From NCBI GenBank assembly GCA_965204535.1, contig OZ241996.1, forward strand, positions 64,001 to 128,000: a stretch of 64,000 nucleotides of DNA, written 5' to 3'. Every line of letters starts with the position of its first letter. Position 1 is the stretch's first letter. The notes beneath the pieces were generated by a model, which saw only the letters and a program-made list of their open reading frames with translations, was not told where the DNA came from and ran no database searches. Shown piece after piece: positions 1-9,683 of this stretch. The DNA comes from a bacterium. GTDB lineage: Bacteria > UBA8248. A program made the position numbers and the translations under genes.

Positions 1-2
1 GT

Positions 3-593
3 GCTGCTCACTGCGCCGTCGTCGACCTCACCGACTGGGAGGCGACCGAAACTTCAATCAATGAGGCGCACCACCGGGCGGGCCGTATTGACGTTCTCGT
101 GCACAGCGCGGGTGGTTTTCCGCAATACGTGAGCCTGCTCGATTGCCCCGTGGACGCCTGGGACGGCGTGGTGAACTCGAACCTGAAATCCATGTTCTAT
201 CTCCTGAAAGCCGCCGCCCCCCTCATGGTGGCGGCGAACTACGGACGCTTCGTGACGCTCTCGAGCATGGCGGCGCGCAGCGGCGTGAACCCGAATCCGC
301 CCCATTACACGGCTGCCAAGGCGGGCGTGCTCGGCCTTACCCGCCAGGCGGCGCGCGAACTCGGGCCGTACGGCATCACCGTGAATGCCGTGGCCCCGGC
401 CAACGTGCAAACACCGAGAGGGCTCAAAATCAGGACGCCCGAGCGCATCGCCCACATCGAGAAGTCATCGCCCGTGGGCAGACTCTCGGAATCCCACGAG
501 ATAGCGGAAGCCGTCGTTTTCCTCTGCAGCAGGGAGGCCGGCTACATCACCGGCGTCACGCTCGACGTGAACGGCGGCGCGACGATGGTTTGA
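3..593 (+). CDS. Short-chain dehydrogenase/reductase (FabG-like), 5' end outside the window
   Basis: Frame open from position 3 (…GRIDVLVHSAG); YxxxK (HYTAAK), SS motif, GITVNAVAP and GYITGVTLDVNGG SDR signatures. Confidence 0.9.
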   Translation, partial: AAHCAVVDLTDWEATETSINEAHHRAGRIDVLVHSAGGFPQYVSLLDCPVDAWDGVVNSNLKSMFYLLKAAAPLMVAANYGRFVTLSSMAARSGVNPNPPHYTAAKAGVLGLTRQAARELGPYGITVNAVAPANVQTPRGLKIRTPERIAHIEKSSPVGRLSESHEIAEAVVFLCSREAGYITGVTLDVNGGATMV

Positions 594-657
594 TAACGCC
601 TGCGCTCTCGTTGCTCATGCGGGCTTTGGTTCGAACTGGCGGATACTCCGGCTTCCC

Positions 658-691
658 AAAAAATCGCCCCCGGTTATAACCAGGGGCGATT
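658..691 (-). terminator. Rho-independent terminator of the 725-1144 gene
   Basis: Hairpin AATCGCCCC…GGGGCGATT followed by a U-tract on the minus strand (A-run 658-663). Confidence 0.7.
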
Positions 692-724
692 GGGTGGCCA
701 GGATTCACGAAAACGCATTCAGAC

Positions 725-1144
725 TTATCTGGCGCGATACTCCTCCAGCACTTCTCTCATAATGGTCCGAATCTGTTGCGGCGTGACGAGTTTTACCTTC
801 AGATTGTCCAGGTCATCTCTCAGACGATTCAAGTCTTCCCTGGTGGCCAAGCTTTTCAGGTCTTCATGCATCTGGGCCTTGAAGACGTTCAGGTCCGCAT
901 GCAGTTGCTTCAGTCTCTCGTCCAGACTCATTTTGACTTCGGTGATTTGCTTCTGGAGTTGCCCATCCACTCCGTCGAGCCTTTTGACTTCCCCATCCAC
1001 TTTCGCAATCACCGGCTTTACTTCGGCCTGGGCGATATAGAGCAATCCCCCGCCCAATATGGCGAATATCGCCGCAGGGGTCCCAATCCAATGCAACCAC
1101 CAATGAAGCGTTTTCGATATTGCCCCTGTTTTTTCCTTTTCCAT
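725..1144 (-). CDS. Hypothetical membrane-anchored coiled-coil protein
   Basis: 139 aa; hydrophobic segment WIGTPAAIFAILGGGLLYI then heptad-rich helix with LATREDL motif; GAGGA RBS upstream; own terminator. Confidence 0.7.
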   Translation of the reverse strand: MEKEKTGAISKTLHWWLHWIGTPAAIFAILGGGLLYIAQAEVKPVIAKVDGEVKRLDGVDGQLQKQITEVKMSLDERLKQLHADLNVFKAQMHEDLKSLATREDLNRLRDDLDNLKVKLVTPQQIRTIMREVLEEYRAR

Positions 1145-1311
1145 ATTGAGTCCTCTACTCTATCTGTATCGTCGTTACCTACTTATGCTTCCCTCTTGCG
1201 AGCAAATATACAGCGAAATAACGTAAAGCTCAATCACGCCCTTTTTCCACGACTGCCAATTTCGGGGGAGAACGCCCCGACCGCTCTAAGTAGTTCTTGT
1301 CAGTCGTTTTT

Positions 1312-2211
1312 CTATGTCTGTCCGAGGGCTTGTTTCACGAGGGGCACGACTTGGGAGAATCGCTCTGCCACGAAGACGCCGGCTTCTTTCAATAGTTTCT
1401 TCTTTCCCGATGGCGCGCCGCGGCCCCGCTCGATGAGCGCGCCGGTGTGGCTCACGCTCGCGGGCGTGGGCGAGGTTTCCCAGAATTCGCCGGGTATCAT
1501 CGCCACGACGGGCTTCGTGAATCCGCCCGAGGCGATGAAGCGCGCCGCCTCCTCTTCCCTGTCCGTGCCCGGTTCACCGAACATCACGACGACGCGGGTT
1601 TCGGGGTCTTGCTCGAACAGGGCGAGCATCTCGACGAAGGCGGAACCGATGAGCAAATCGCCGCCCAGGGCCACGTAGGTGCTCTGGCCGATGCCCGCCC
1701 GCGTCAGAAACAGGCATATCTCCGCCCCCATGCCGCCGCTTCTGCTCACCACGCCCACGGGGCCGGGGCGGAACATGAGGTCGGGCACCTCGCCCCCTGT
1801 GCCGCCGAGCTTCGCTCTTCCGGGGCTCACCATCCCCTGGCTGTTGGGGCCAATGACGAAGGTGCCCTTCTGGGCCGCGCGCGTGAGCAGCGCGCAGGCG
1901 TCGTGGTGCGGCACGCCCTCCGCGAGAATGTGCACGGTGGGAATCCCCGCCTCGACGGCCTCTAAAGCCGCCTCGCGCACGAAGCGCGCGGGCACGAAGA
2001 GCACGGAAAGATCGACCTCGTGCTCCTTCAAAGCGTCGGCCACGGTGCCGTATACGGGCACGCCGCCCACGGACTCGCCCCCTTTACCGGGAGATACGCC
2101 CGCCACCACGCGGGTGCCGTAGTCCGTCATGGTGGGCAAAAGCCGCCTCGCCTCGGCCCCCGTGGCGCCCTGCACGAGTACGCGGGTATCCGAATCCAGC
2201 AGAATGCTCAT
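1312..2211 (-). CDS. Succinyl-CoA synthetase alpha-like subunit (acyl-CoA ligase, NDP-forming)
   Basis: VLVQGATG, GVSPGKGG, IGPNSQG, VSRSGG, GEPG and phospho-His motif SHTGA. Confidence 0.88.
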   Translation of the reverse strand: MSILLDSDTRVLVQGATGAEARRLLPTMTDYGTRVVAGVSPGKGGESVGGVPVYGTVADALKEHEVDLSVLFVPARFVREAALEAVEAGIPTVHILAEGVPHHDACALLTRAAQKGTFVIGPNSQGMVSPGRAKLGGTGGEVPDLMFRPGPVGVVSRSGGMGAEICLFLTRAGIGQSTYVALGGDLLIGSAFVEMLALFEQDPETRVVVMFGEPGTDREEEAARFIASGGFTKPVVAMIPGEFWETSPTPASVSHTGALIERGRGAPSGKKKLLKEAGVFVAERFSQVVPLVKQALGQT

Positions 2212-3434
2212 CTCTCATCCCGCCCGTAAGCGCGCGCCACGATTCGTTTGGCCAGGTCTTCTATCGACGCCTCATCCTCATGCCATTCCACGCCCGGCAC
2301 CTCGGCGATGAGTTTCCTGGCTTCTTCCACCCCCGGACCGGCGTAGCGGATGATGACGGGGAACTTTTCGAAATCAAGCGCCGCTTCCTTGAGCGCGCGA
2401 ACCACGCCCGCGACTTTAATATCCACCCGCGTGAAATTGCTCACGTTCCCCGCCAGGAGCAGCCCCTTGATGCCCGGTTTCGAGAGCACCGCCTTCACCG
2501 CGCGGCGCATCTTTTCCTCGTAGCGTCCGGGCGTGATGTCGAACGTGGTGGCGGGTTTTCCATCCTCGTCCAGAAGCGCTTCGAGGCTCGAAAGACCATA
2601 CCCCCCGCCGGTGACCATGAAGCCGATGTCGCCGTCCATTTCGCTGAAGCGGATCGCGCCCACGTGGGGGTCGACCGCGTCGATCTCTCGCATGCGCATC
2701 TCAAGCTCCGTGAAGGGCCGCCAGCCGTTTCCGCCCTCCACGCCCAGCTTGGCTTCAAGGTCCGGCTGGCGGAAGAGGGCCTGCGCGTCGAGCTGCACCA
2801 CGCCCGCCGCCGCCACCACCCGGCCGTCGGCCAACTCCGCCAGGGGGTTCACCTCTATCATCTCGCAGTCATGGGCGCAGAAGACCCCGTACATCGCGCA
2901 CACGGCACTTGCGACCTGCTCCGCCAGATCGCCTGTGAGACCCGCACGCTCCACCAGTGCAAGCGCGTCTTCCGCCTGAAGCCCTTCGAGGATATTGACA
3001 GGCCACTCAATAAGCTTGTCGGGATGGTTCTCGGCCAGTTCCTCCACGTCCACGCCGCCCTCTGCGCTGAAGAGGATGAGCGGGCATTTTCTCGGCGCAT
3101 CGAAGGAGATGGAACAGAAAATCTCGCGCTCTATCTCAAGCGCTTCCATCACGATGAGTTTCTCGACGGGAAAGCGCCGCACTTCCATGCCGAGAATGGC
3201 CTCTGCGCCCGCGCAGGCCTCTGACGCATTCGCGGCGAACTTGACCGCGCCCGCTCTTCCGCGCTTTCCGACCGGCACGAGCGCCTTGATGACAACGCGC
3301 CCGCCCAGGCGTTCGGTGGCGCGGGCGGCTTCGTCGGCATCTTCGCAGACCTCGAAACGGGGAACGGGGAGGCCGCCTTCGCCCAGAAGCGTCAGGGAGT
3401 CGTTTTCCAGAAGACGGGACAAGAGGGTCTCCAC
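2208..3434 (-). CDS. ATP-grasp succinyl/citryl-CoA ligase beta-like subunit
   Basis: VVIKALVPVGKRGRAGAV, EGGVDVEE, IEVNPL; overlaps the alpha gene by 4 nt; start codon uncertain. Confidence 0.85.
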   Translation of the reverse strand: METLLSRLLENDSLTLLGEGGLPVPRFEVCEDADEAARATERLGGRVVIKALVPVGKRGRAGAVKFAANASEACAGAEAILGMEVRRFPVEKLIVMEALEIEREIFCSISFDAPRKCPLILFSAEGGVDVEELAENHPDKLIEWPVNILEGLQAEDALALVERAGLTGDLAEQVASAVCAMYGVFCAHDCEMIEVNPLAELADGRVVAAAGVVQLDAQALFRQPDLEAKLGVEGGNGWRPFTELEMRMREIDAVDPHVGAIRFSEMDGDIGFMVTGGGYGLSSLEALLDEDGKPATTFDITPGRYEEKMRRAVKAVLSKPGIKGLLLAGNVSNFTRVDIKVAGVVRALKEAALDFEKFPVIIRYAGPGVEEARKLIAEVPGVEWHEDEASIEDLAKRIVARAYGRDER

Positions 3435-3630
3435 TCACAATACGTTCGGCGCGTTATCGCGAGAAAAACTGAAAGATGCGCACTAGCTAGCACTTGGGCC
3501 TTCGGGCGTCAAGATTTACGGGGAAAATGCGCGTATTCGCCCATGCGCCGCTTGCGAAAGTATGTTGATGAGATAGAATCAACCCATAAGCAAAAACTTG
3601 TTTCTCTGTCATTTCAACGGAGGGAATTCT

Positions 3631-4629
3631 ATGCGTACCCAAAAGAGATTCATCACAGCAATTGGCGTCTTTGCAGCGGCGGCTTTCGCCGTATCTGTTG
3701 CGAGCGCCGCCACCACCAACATCACCATCGTCGGCGCGGGCAAGGGCGCGGGCGCGTTCCGCATGGCGGCGGGCCTCGCCGAGGCGGTGAACAAGACGAG
3801 CAAGACCGTCAACGTCACCAACCGCGAGTCCAAGGGCTTCGTCGCCAACACGCGCCTCGTCGCCAGCGGCCGCTCGGAGATCGGGATGACGAACGGTATC
3901 TTCGTCGACTTCATCCAGCGCAAGCAGAAACCCTTCCACAAGGGCAAGGCGATGATGACCATCCGGGGCATCGGCCCGGTATCGACCTCCTGGTTCCAGG
4001 TGACGACGTTCCACAAGACCGGCATCAAGTCCTACCACGATCTCGCCGGCAAGCGGGTGAACATGGGTCCGAGAGGAAGCTCCACCCTGTTCATGATGAA
4101 GTTCATCACCGACAACCTGGGCATCACCGACAAGATCCGCAAGGACTACATGGGCTGGGCGCAAGCCGCCACCAACATGATCGACGGCAAGCTCGACGCT
4201 TTCGGCATCCCGAACCCGGTGCCCTCGCCCTCGATTCTGCGCGCCTCGCGCAGTGGGCCGCTCCGCATCCTGAGCATTCCCGACGAGGTGCGTGACAAGT
4301 TCGTCGCCCTGAGCTCGGGCTACTACAAGGACAACAAGGACGCCAGCCCCTACCAGGGGATGAAGGGCAAGAAATTCAAGACGGTCGCCTACACCATCTT
4401 CGCCGTGGCGAACGAGAAGGTGCCCAACGACGTCATCCACGAGGTGACGCGGCGGGTGTACGACAAGGCGAACCGCGACTTCCTGATCAACGTATTCAAG
4501 GGCTGGAAGATCGGGCTGGACTTCGCCGCCAAGTCGGATGAGTTCATCAAGCAGATGGGCAACTTCAACATGAAGCTCCACCCCGGCGCCGCGCGCTACT
4601 GGAAGGCGAAGGGTTACAACACCAACTAG
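3631..4629 (+). CDS. TAXI-family TRAP transporter solute-binding protein
   Basis: Signal peptide, ESKGFVAN (GSxxN-like), DLAGKRVNMGPRGS, LHPGAARYW C-terminal TAXI motif; ATG 3631 after GGAGGG. Confidence 0.9.
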   Translation: MRTQKRFITAIGVFAAAAFAVSVASAATTNITIVGAGKGAGAFRMAAGLAEAVNKTSKTVNVTNRESKGFVANTRLVASGRSEIGMTNGIFVDFIQRKQKPFHKGKAMMTIRGIGPVSTSWFQVTTFHKTGIKSYHDLAGKRVNMGPRGSSTLFMMKFITDNLGITDKIRKDYMGWAQAATNMIDGKLDAFGIPNPVPSPSILRASRSGPLRILSIPDEVRDKFVALSSGYYKDNKDASPYQGMKGKKFKTVAYTIFAVANEKVPNDVIHEVTRRVYDKANRDFLINVFKGWKIGLDFAAKSDEFIKQMGNFNMKLHPGAARYWKAKGYNTN

Positions 4630-4636
4630 ACGATTC

Positions 4637-4676
4637 CCGGCTCCCCCGGAGGGCGGTGGCGCCTTCCGGGGGCCGG
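4637..4676 (+). other. GC-rich intergenic hairpin between binding-protein and permease genes (likely mRNA stabiliser/attenuator)
   Basis: CCCCCGGAGGGCG pairs with CGCCTTCCGGGGG; no U-tract. Confidence 0.5.
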
Positions 4677-4716
4677 TGAAGCGCCTGTCATCGGCCTCGG
4701 GTGAGAAAGGGCGGCG

Positions 4717-7323
4717 ATGAGGAAGGTTTTCGATTCTCTCTGGGAGTGGATGCGGTTCATCTTCGCCCCGGAGTCGGCCACCCGCAGGGATATCGAACCC
4801 GGCTTTCAGAAACAAAACCTGCCCGTCTTCGTGTTCCTTACCGTTCTCCTTCTCGTCTACATCGTTTTCTTCGCCGGAAGAACGTACAACCTCTACCTCC
4901 CCTACGAGATCGCCTGGGACTGGCAGGAGGTGGAATTCCCGGCTCTCGATGCCTGGCTCTACGCCCTCATCTGGCTCTACGTCTCGGGCCTGTGCATCTT
5001 CCCGAGGGCGGCGATTCTGCTTTCATCGTTCGCGTTCGCCGCCTATTTTCTCTACGGCGCGGCGAACAAGGCACCCGTGGATTTAGGCCTCGGCTTCGGC
5101 GAGGTCATCGTCTACGCCCTCTCCCCGCTCCTCACGGAGGGGATGGAGAAATCCCTCTCGGCGATTTGGGAGACGCTCTACTTCCCGGGGCTGGCCATCT
5201 ATGCGTTTCATTTCTATCTGCCCTTGTACGTGATCTTCACCGCCATCCTGACGTTCGTCTTCTACCCGGCGCGCGCGGGCGCTCCGATGAGACGGCCCTC
5301 CGCCGTGGACCTCCTGCTCTGCGCGGGCGTGGTCGTGTTCACGGTGGAATACATCATGAACTTCGCCGACCGCGGAGACCGCGCGGGCCTCGTCCTCTGG
5401 ACGGACGTCGCCATGGGCACCATCGCCGTCATCGTTTCAATCGAAATGTGCCGCCGGGTGCTGGGCTGGGTGCTACCGCTGCTGGGTCTGTTTTTCTTCT
5501 ACTACGCCATGTACGGCAACTATTTCCCCGGACGGCTCCTGCACAAGGGGTTCTCCTACAACGAGGTCGTGAACTTCATCTACGGCACTTCGGGCATCTT
5601 CGGCGTCATCGCGAACGTCTACGCAAGCTACGTGTTCCTGTTCATCCTCTTCGGCGTCTTTCTGGAAAAAACGAAGGTCGGCGACGTGTTCATCGATCTC
5701 TCCTACGCCCTGGTGGGCCGCCTGCGCGGAGGAGCGGCCAAGGCCTCGGTCGTCTCGAGCGGCATGGTGGGTTCGGTGGTCGGAAGCGGGGCGGCGAACA
5801 TCGTCATCACGGGCACCTTCACGATCCCGCTCATGAAGCGCGCGGGCTACAAGGCCCACTACGCGGGAGCCGTCGAGGCGGTCTCCTCGATCGGCGGCCA
5901 CCTGCTGCCGCCCATCATGGGTTCGGCGGCCTTCCTCGTGGCCGCGTTCACCGAGACGGATTACGGGTGGATAGCGCTCATATCGCTCGTGCCCGCGCTG
6001 ATGTACTACTTCTCGGTCTACATGTCGGTGCACTTCCGCTCGGGGCTGGACGGCATCCACGGCCTCTCGAAAGAGGAACTGCCCGAACTGCTGCCCCTGC
6101 TCAAAAAAGAGGGCTATCTGCTCCTGCCGGTGGTGCTGCTCATCTTCCGCCTCATCATCGGGCGCTCACCCTTCGACGCGGCGCTCTGGTCCATCGTCCT
6201 GGCGATGGTTCTGGGATTTTTCCGTGAGGACACCCGCCTGCTGGCGCTGCCGCCGGTTCTTGCGCGCCTGGTTGGCAAACCCGGATGGAGCACACGCAAC
6301 GACAGGCTCGAATACCAGGCCGCGGCGCACCACAAGAAACTCATGGAATCTGGAAAAAGCCTGGAAGATGCGGATGCCGAGGCGGAAGTTTATCTCGAAG
6401 CGGCCAAGACCGAACCGCCCGAGAACCCGCTCATGGAGAACTGGCCCCTGCTCGCCGGACTGGGCCTGCTTATCGTGCTCCCGGTGGCGGGGCATACGTT
6501 CCCTGAGGCGATCTTCTGGTCGGCGCTCGCGGCGATTGTGCTCTCCTCCCCGCGCGTTTTGGACGGGCTGGAGCGAGGCGCCGTCAACTCACTCATCATC
6601 GGCGTGACGGCGGGCGTGATGGGCATCGTGCTCGCAGGCGTGTCGATGCCCGGCCTCGGCATCAAATTCTCCTCGATCATCCTGGGCTACGCCGCCATCA
6701 TCGACAACGCCTTCGGCATCACGGGAACGACGCTGCCGGTGGCGATACTCCTCTGCGCCATCGCCAGCTACATCATGGGGATGGGCATGACGATCACGGC
6801 GAGCTACGTGCTGCTATCGATCCTCGCCGTGCCCGCGCTCGTGGAGTTGGGCGTTCCGCTCCTCAGCGCGCACCTGATGATCCTGTGGCTGAGCCAGGAC
6901 GCCTCGCTCACGCCGCCATTCGCGCTGGGCGCGTTCATCGCGGCGGGCGTGGCGAGAGCCGACCCGATGCGCACCGGCTTCGCCTCGCTCAAACTCGGCA
7001 AGGCGCTCTACATCGTCCCCTTCCTGATGGCCTACACCCCGATCAACATCACGCAGGGTGCTGCGTGGTTCGACATCATCGTCGTCTGGGTGAGCGGCTT
7101 CATGGGCTTTTTCTGCACCTCGGCGTCGCTCGAGGGCTACATGCGCAGAAAGCTCGAAATCTGGGAGCGCGTCGTCTTCGCCGTGGCGGGCGGACTGCTG
7201 TTCTTCTACGTGCCGTGGATGAAGATAACGGGAACGGTCATCATGGCCGTCATGATCGCCATCCAGTTCATGAGCGCGAAGGACGAAGGCGCAGCCTCAC
7301 AAAGCCCTGCGGTGTCTTCGTAA
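4717..7323 (+). CDS. TRAP transporter fused 4TM/12TM permease (TAXI-associated)
   Basis: 868 aa polytopic; GGAAKASVVSS, TGTFTIPLMKRAGY, GGHLLPPIMG, GMGMT, LTPP motifs. Confidence 0.92.
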   Translation: MRKVFDSLWEWMRFIFAPESATRRDIEPGFQKQNLPVFVFLTVLLLVYIVFFAGRTYNLYLPYEIAWDWQEVEFPALDAWLYALIWLYVSGLCIFPRAAILLSSFAFAAYFLYGAANKAPVDLGLGFGEVIVYALSPLLTEGMEKSLSAIWETLYFPGLAIYAFHFYLPLYVIFTAILTFVFYPARAGAPMRRPSAVDLLLCAGVVVFTVEYIMNFADRGDRAGLVLWTDVAMGTIAVIVSIEMCRRVLGWVLPLLGLFFFYYAMYGNYFPGRLLHKGFSYNEVVNFIYGTSGIFGVIANVYASYVFLFILFGVFLEKTKVGDVFIDLSYALVGRLRGGAAKASVVSSGMVGSVVGSGAANIVITGTFTIPLMKRAGYKAHYAGAVEAVSSIGGHLLPPIMGSAAFLVAAFTETDYGWIALISLVPALMYYFSVYMSVHFRSGLDGIHGLSKEELPELLPLLKKEGYLLLPVVLLIFRLIIGRSPFDAALWSIVLAMVLGFFREDTRLLALPPVLARLVGKPGWSTRNDRLEYQAAAHHKKLMESGKSLEDADAEAEVYLEAAKTEPPENPLMENWPLLAGLGLLIVLPVAGHTFPEAIFWSALAAIVLSSPRVLDGLERGAVNSLIIGVTAGVMGIVLAGVSMPGLGIKFSSIILGYAAIIDNAFGITGTTLPVAILLCAIASYIMGMGMTITASYVLLSILAVPALVELGVPLLSAHLMILWLSQDASLTPPFALGAFIAAGVARADPMRTGFASLKLGKALYIVPFLMAYTPINITQGAAWFDIIVVWVSGFMGFFCTSASLEGYMRRKLEIWERVVFAVAGGLLFFYVPWMKITGTVIMAVMIAIQFMSAKDEGAASQSPAVSS

Positions 7324-7373
7324 TACCTGAATTTCTAAAACCCATCTAAGAGATCGTGTTTTTTATAGTCGGA

Positions 7374-8291
7374 TTAAGCTGGTAAAGAACGCGCGAGACA
7401 CGCCTTGAGCGCGCCGCCGCAGTAGGAGCGGGCGAAATCCTCCCCGTGCGCGGAGGCGAGCCGCTCGGCGAAGTCCCCTATCCCCCAGATGCCCCTGAAT
7501 TCATCGAACAGGCTGCTGATGCCCGCGAAGTCGCTGCCCAGCACGACCTGGTGAGCGGCGATTTCGGCCAGGAACTCGATTTCCTCCAGGTGACGCTCGA
7601 ACTCTCCCACGAACCCGGGGAACGGCGTAAGACCGATGAGCCCACCCGTTTCCAGGAGCCGCCTCGCCATCTCGCGCGGGAGCCCCCGCTCGCCGTAGAC
7701 GGATGAAACCGGATCGTCCAGATACCCGTGGGAGTAGTGCATCTCCTGGCCTGTGACGAGGGCCAGATCGATCATGTCCGATTTCGTCTGGTGGTTCGCG
7801 TGCGCGCAATCCACCATGAATCCCATCCGCCAGGCCCCCATCAAGAAAGCGCGGCCCAAGGCGGTGAGGCCGCGCCCGGCGTCTCCCTTGGCACCGCCAC
7901 CCAGCGCGTTGTCCTCGTTGTAAAGCGGCGCGACGCTCCGCACGCCCTCCTCCCACAGCCATTCGAGGCCTTTGAGGTCGCTTTCCTTCCCGATGAAATA
8001 GATGCCTTCCGCGTGGATTAGCTGCCTACCCACGCCTTCCAGGTCCCCCCGGGTGAGGACGACGTCGAGTCCTTCCGATCCACGAATCAGCCCCAAATCA
8101 CGCTCAAGCTCTTCTTTTTGCGCTTCTTGCGGCGCGTCCGCCAACCTGCCCAGGGCCGAGAACACCCCGCCCAGCTTCGCCGCCGTAGGGATGTCAATCT
8201 GCTCGAGAAGGTTGGCATCCTCATCGGATAAATCCGCCAGAAAGCGCAAATCGGTGTGAAAATCCCAAACGTCCTTGAACTCTATCGGCAT
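7374..8291 (-). CDS. Membrane dipeptidase family (peptidase M19-like) metallohydrolase
   Basis: DFHTD, HAEG, GLTALGR, DCAH, YSHG, LGSDF motifs; ATG 8291 follows GGAG. Confidence 0.75.
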   Translation of the reverse strand: MPIEFKDVWDFHTDLRFLADLSDEDANLLEQIDIPTAAKLGGVFSALGRLADAPQEAQKEELERDLGLIRGSEGLDVVLTRGDLEGVGRQLIHAEGIYFIGKESDLKGLEWLWEEGVRSVAPLYNEDNALGGGAKGDAGRGLTALGRAFLMGAWRMGFMVDCAHANHQTKSDMIDLALVTGQEMHYSHGYLDDPVSSVYGERGLPREMARRLLETGGLIGLTPFPGFVGEFERHLEEIEFLAEIAAHQVVLGSDFAGISSLFDEFRGIWGIGDFAERLASAHGEDFARSYCGGALKACLARSLPA

Positions 8292-8431
8292 CCGAGTTTT
8301 CTCCAAGTATCAGCGTCAGATAATTCTCTCGACGAAAACGCCATCATAACACGCGATAACAGGGGTTCGCCTTTGCGCTGCGCCGCAAGCTCGCATAGTC
8401 TGTCGGCTTTGTTTTTCAGGGAGGACGTTCC

Positions 8432-9220
8432 ATGTCGACAACGAAACCTTTGGTGCTCGTCGAGCGCGACGGCCCGCTCGCCACGCTCACGCTCAACCGC
8501 CCCGAGAAGCGAAACGCCATGAACACGGGGATGACCCGCGAGGCGAAATCGGCGATTGCGAGGCTTGCGGGAGCGGATGACCTTCGCGTCCTGATCATCG
8601 AGGGCGCGGGCAGCGTGTTCTCCGCCGGGGCCGACGTGGTAGAGATGGGCGCGCTCACGGAAGACAATGCGCGCGATTTCATCTCGAACCTGCACTCCCT
8701 CATCCACAGCGTGCGCGAGTTTCCGCACCCCGTGGTCTGCAAGTGCCGGGGTTACGTTCTGGGCGGCGCGCTGGAGTTGATGCTCGGCTGCGATCTCCGG
8801 GTCGCGGCGGACGATACGAGGTTCGGCATGCCCGAGGTGCGGGTCGGCGTGCCCTCCGTCATCGAGGCGGCGCTGTTCGTGCCATTCTGCGGCCTGGGCG
8901 CAGCACAGGACTTGCTCTTGACGGGCAGAACGTTCGACGCCCGGGAGGCGCATCGTCTGGGGATCCTCCAGAGGATATGCCCGTCATCCGACCTGGAAGA
9001 AACGACGCAAGAAGCCGTAATGGAGATTCTACAGGCCGCTCCCGGCACGCTCAGCGCCCAGAAGACGCTATTGAGGCGATGGATGCAGGCCTATCTCGAA
9101 GCCGCGGTTCCGCCCTCCATCGACGCCTTTGAGGCTTCCTTCCGAACCGGCGAACCCCAGGAAGGCATGGCCGCGGCGCACGAGAAGCGCTCCCCCTCCT
9201 GGGCGCCCGGAGAGAAATGA
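8432..9220 (+). CDS. Enoyl-CoA hydratase/isomerase family protein
   Basis: LNRPEKRNAM, FSAGADV, GGALELMLGCD, FGMPEVRVG. Confidence 0.93.
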   Translation: MSTTKPLVLVERDGPLATLTLNRPEKRNAMNTGMTREAKSAIARLAGADDLRVLIIEGAGSVFSAGADVVEMGALTEDNARDFISNLHSLIHSVREFPHPVVCKCRGYVLGGALELMLGCDLRVAADDTRFGMPEVRVGVPSVIEAALFVPFCGLGAAQDLLLTGRTFDAREAHRLGILQRICPSSDLEETTQEAVMEILQAAPGTLSAQKTLLRRWMQAYLEAAVPPSIDAFEASFRTGEPQEGMAAAHEKRSPSWAPGEK

Positions 9221-9304
9221 AACAGCGCATCCCTTTGCGGTGGCGTTCGCCGTTTCGGTGTGGCATCTTCACTCATCCCGCCGGAATGAGACAGGAGAGC
9301 ACCG

Positions 9305-9634
9305 ATGACGGAAGACGAAATTTTAATCGAACGCATCCGCCCGATTCTCAGGCGCCGCAAGGGGTATTCGGAAAAGCGGATGTTCGGCGGCGTGTGTTTC
9401 ATGATCAACGGCAATATGTGCGCCGGAACGTGGAAAGGCGCGCTCATCGTGCGTCTCGCCAGGGAAAACCACGAGGCGACGCTTGCAGAACCGTATACCA
9501 AGCCGGCCGATATGGCGGGCCGGGTGATGAAGGGCTGGGCGCTGGTCGAACCGGCCGGGATTTCGACCGAAGACGACCTGAAAGCGTGGGTGCGGCGGGC
9601 GGCGAAGTTCGCAGGCTCGCTTCCGCCCAAGTAA
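9305..9634 (+). CDS. TfoX/Sxy N-terminal domain family protein
   Basis: EKRMFGGVCFMINGNM, MKGW…WV; GGAGAG RBS. Confidence 0.85.
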   Translation: MTEDEILIERIRPILRRRKGYSEKRMFGGVCFMINGNMCAGTWKGALIVRLARENHEATLAEPYTKPADMAGRVMKGWALVEPAGISTEDDLKAWVRRAAKFAGSLPPK

Positions 9635-9683
9635 TAGCAACTCCATTGATCCTACGTGGATTCATTCTCATGAGGGATGAACG

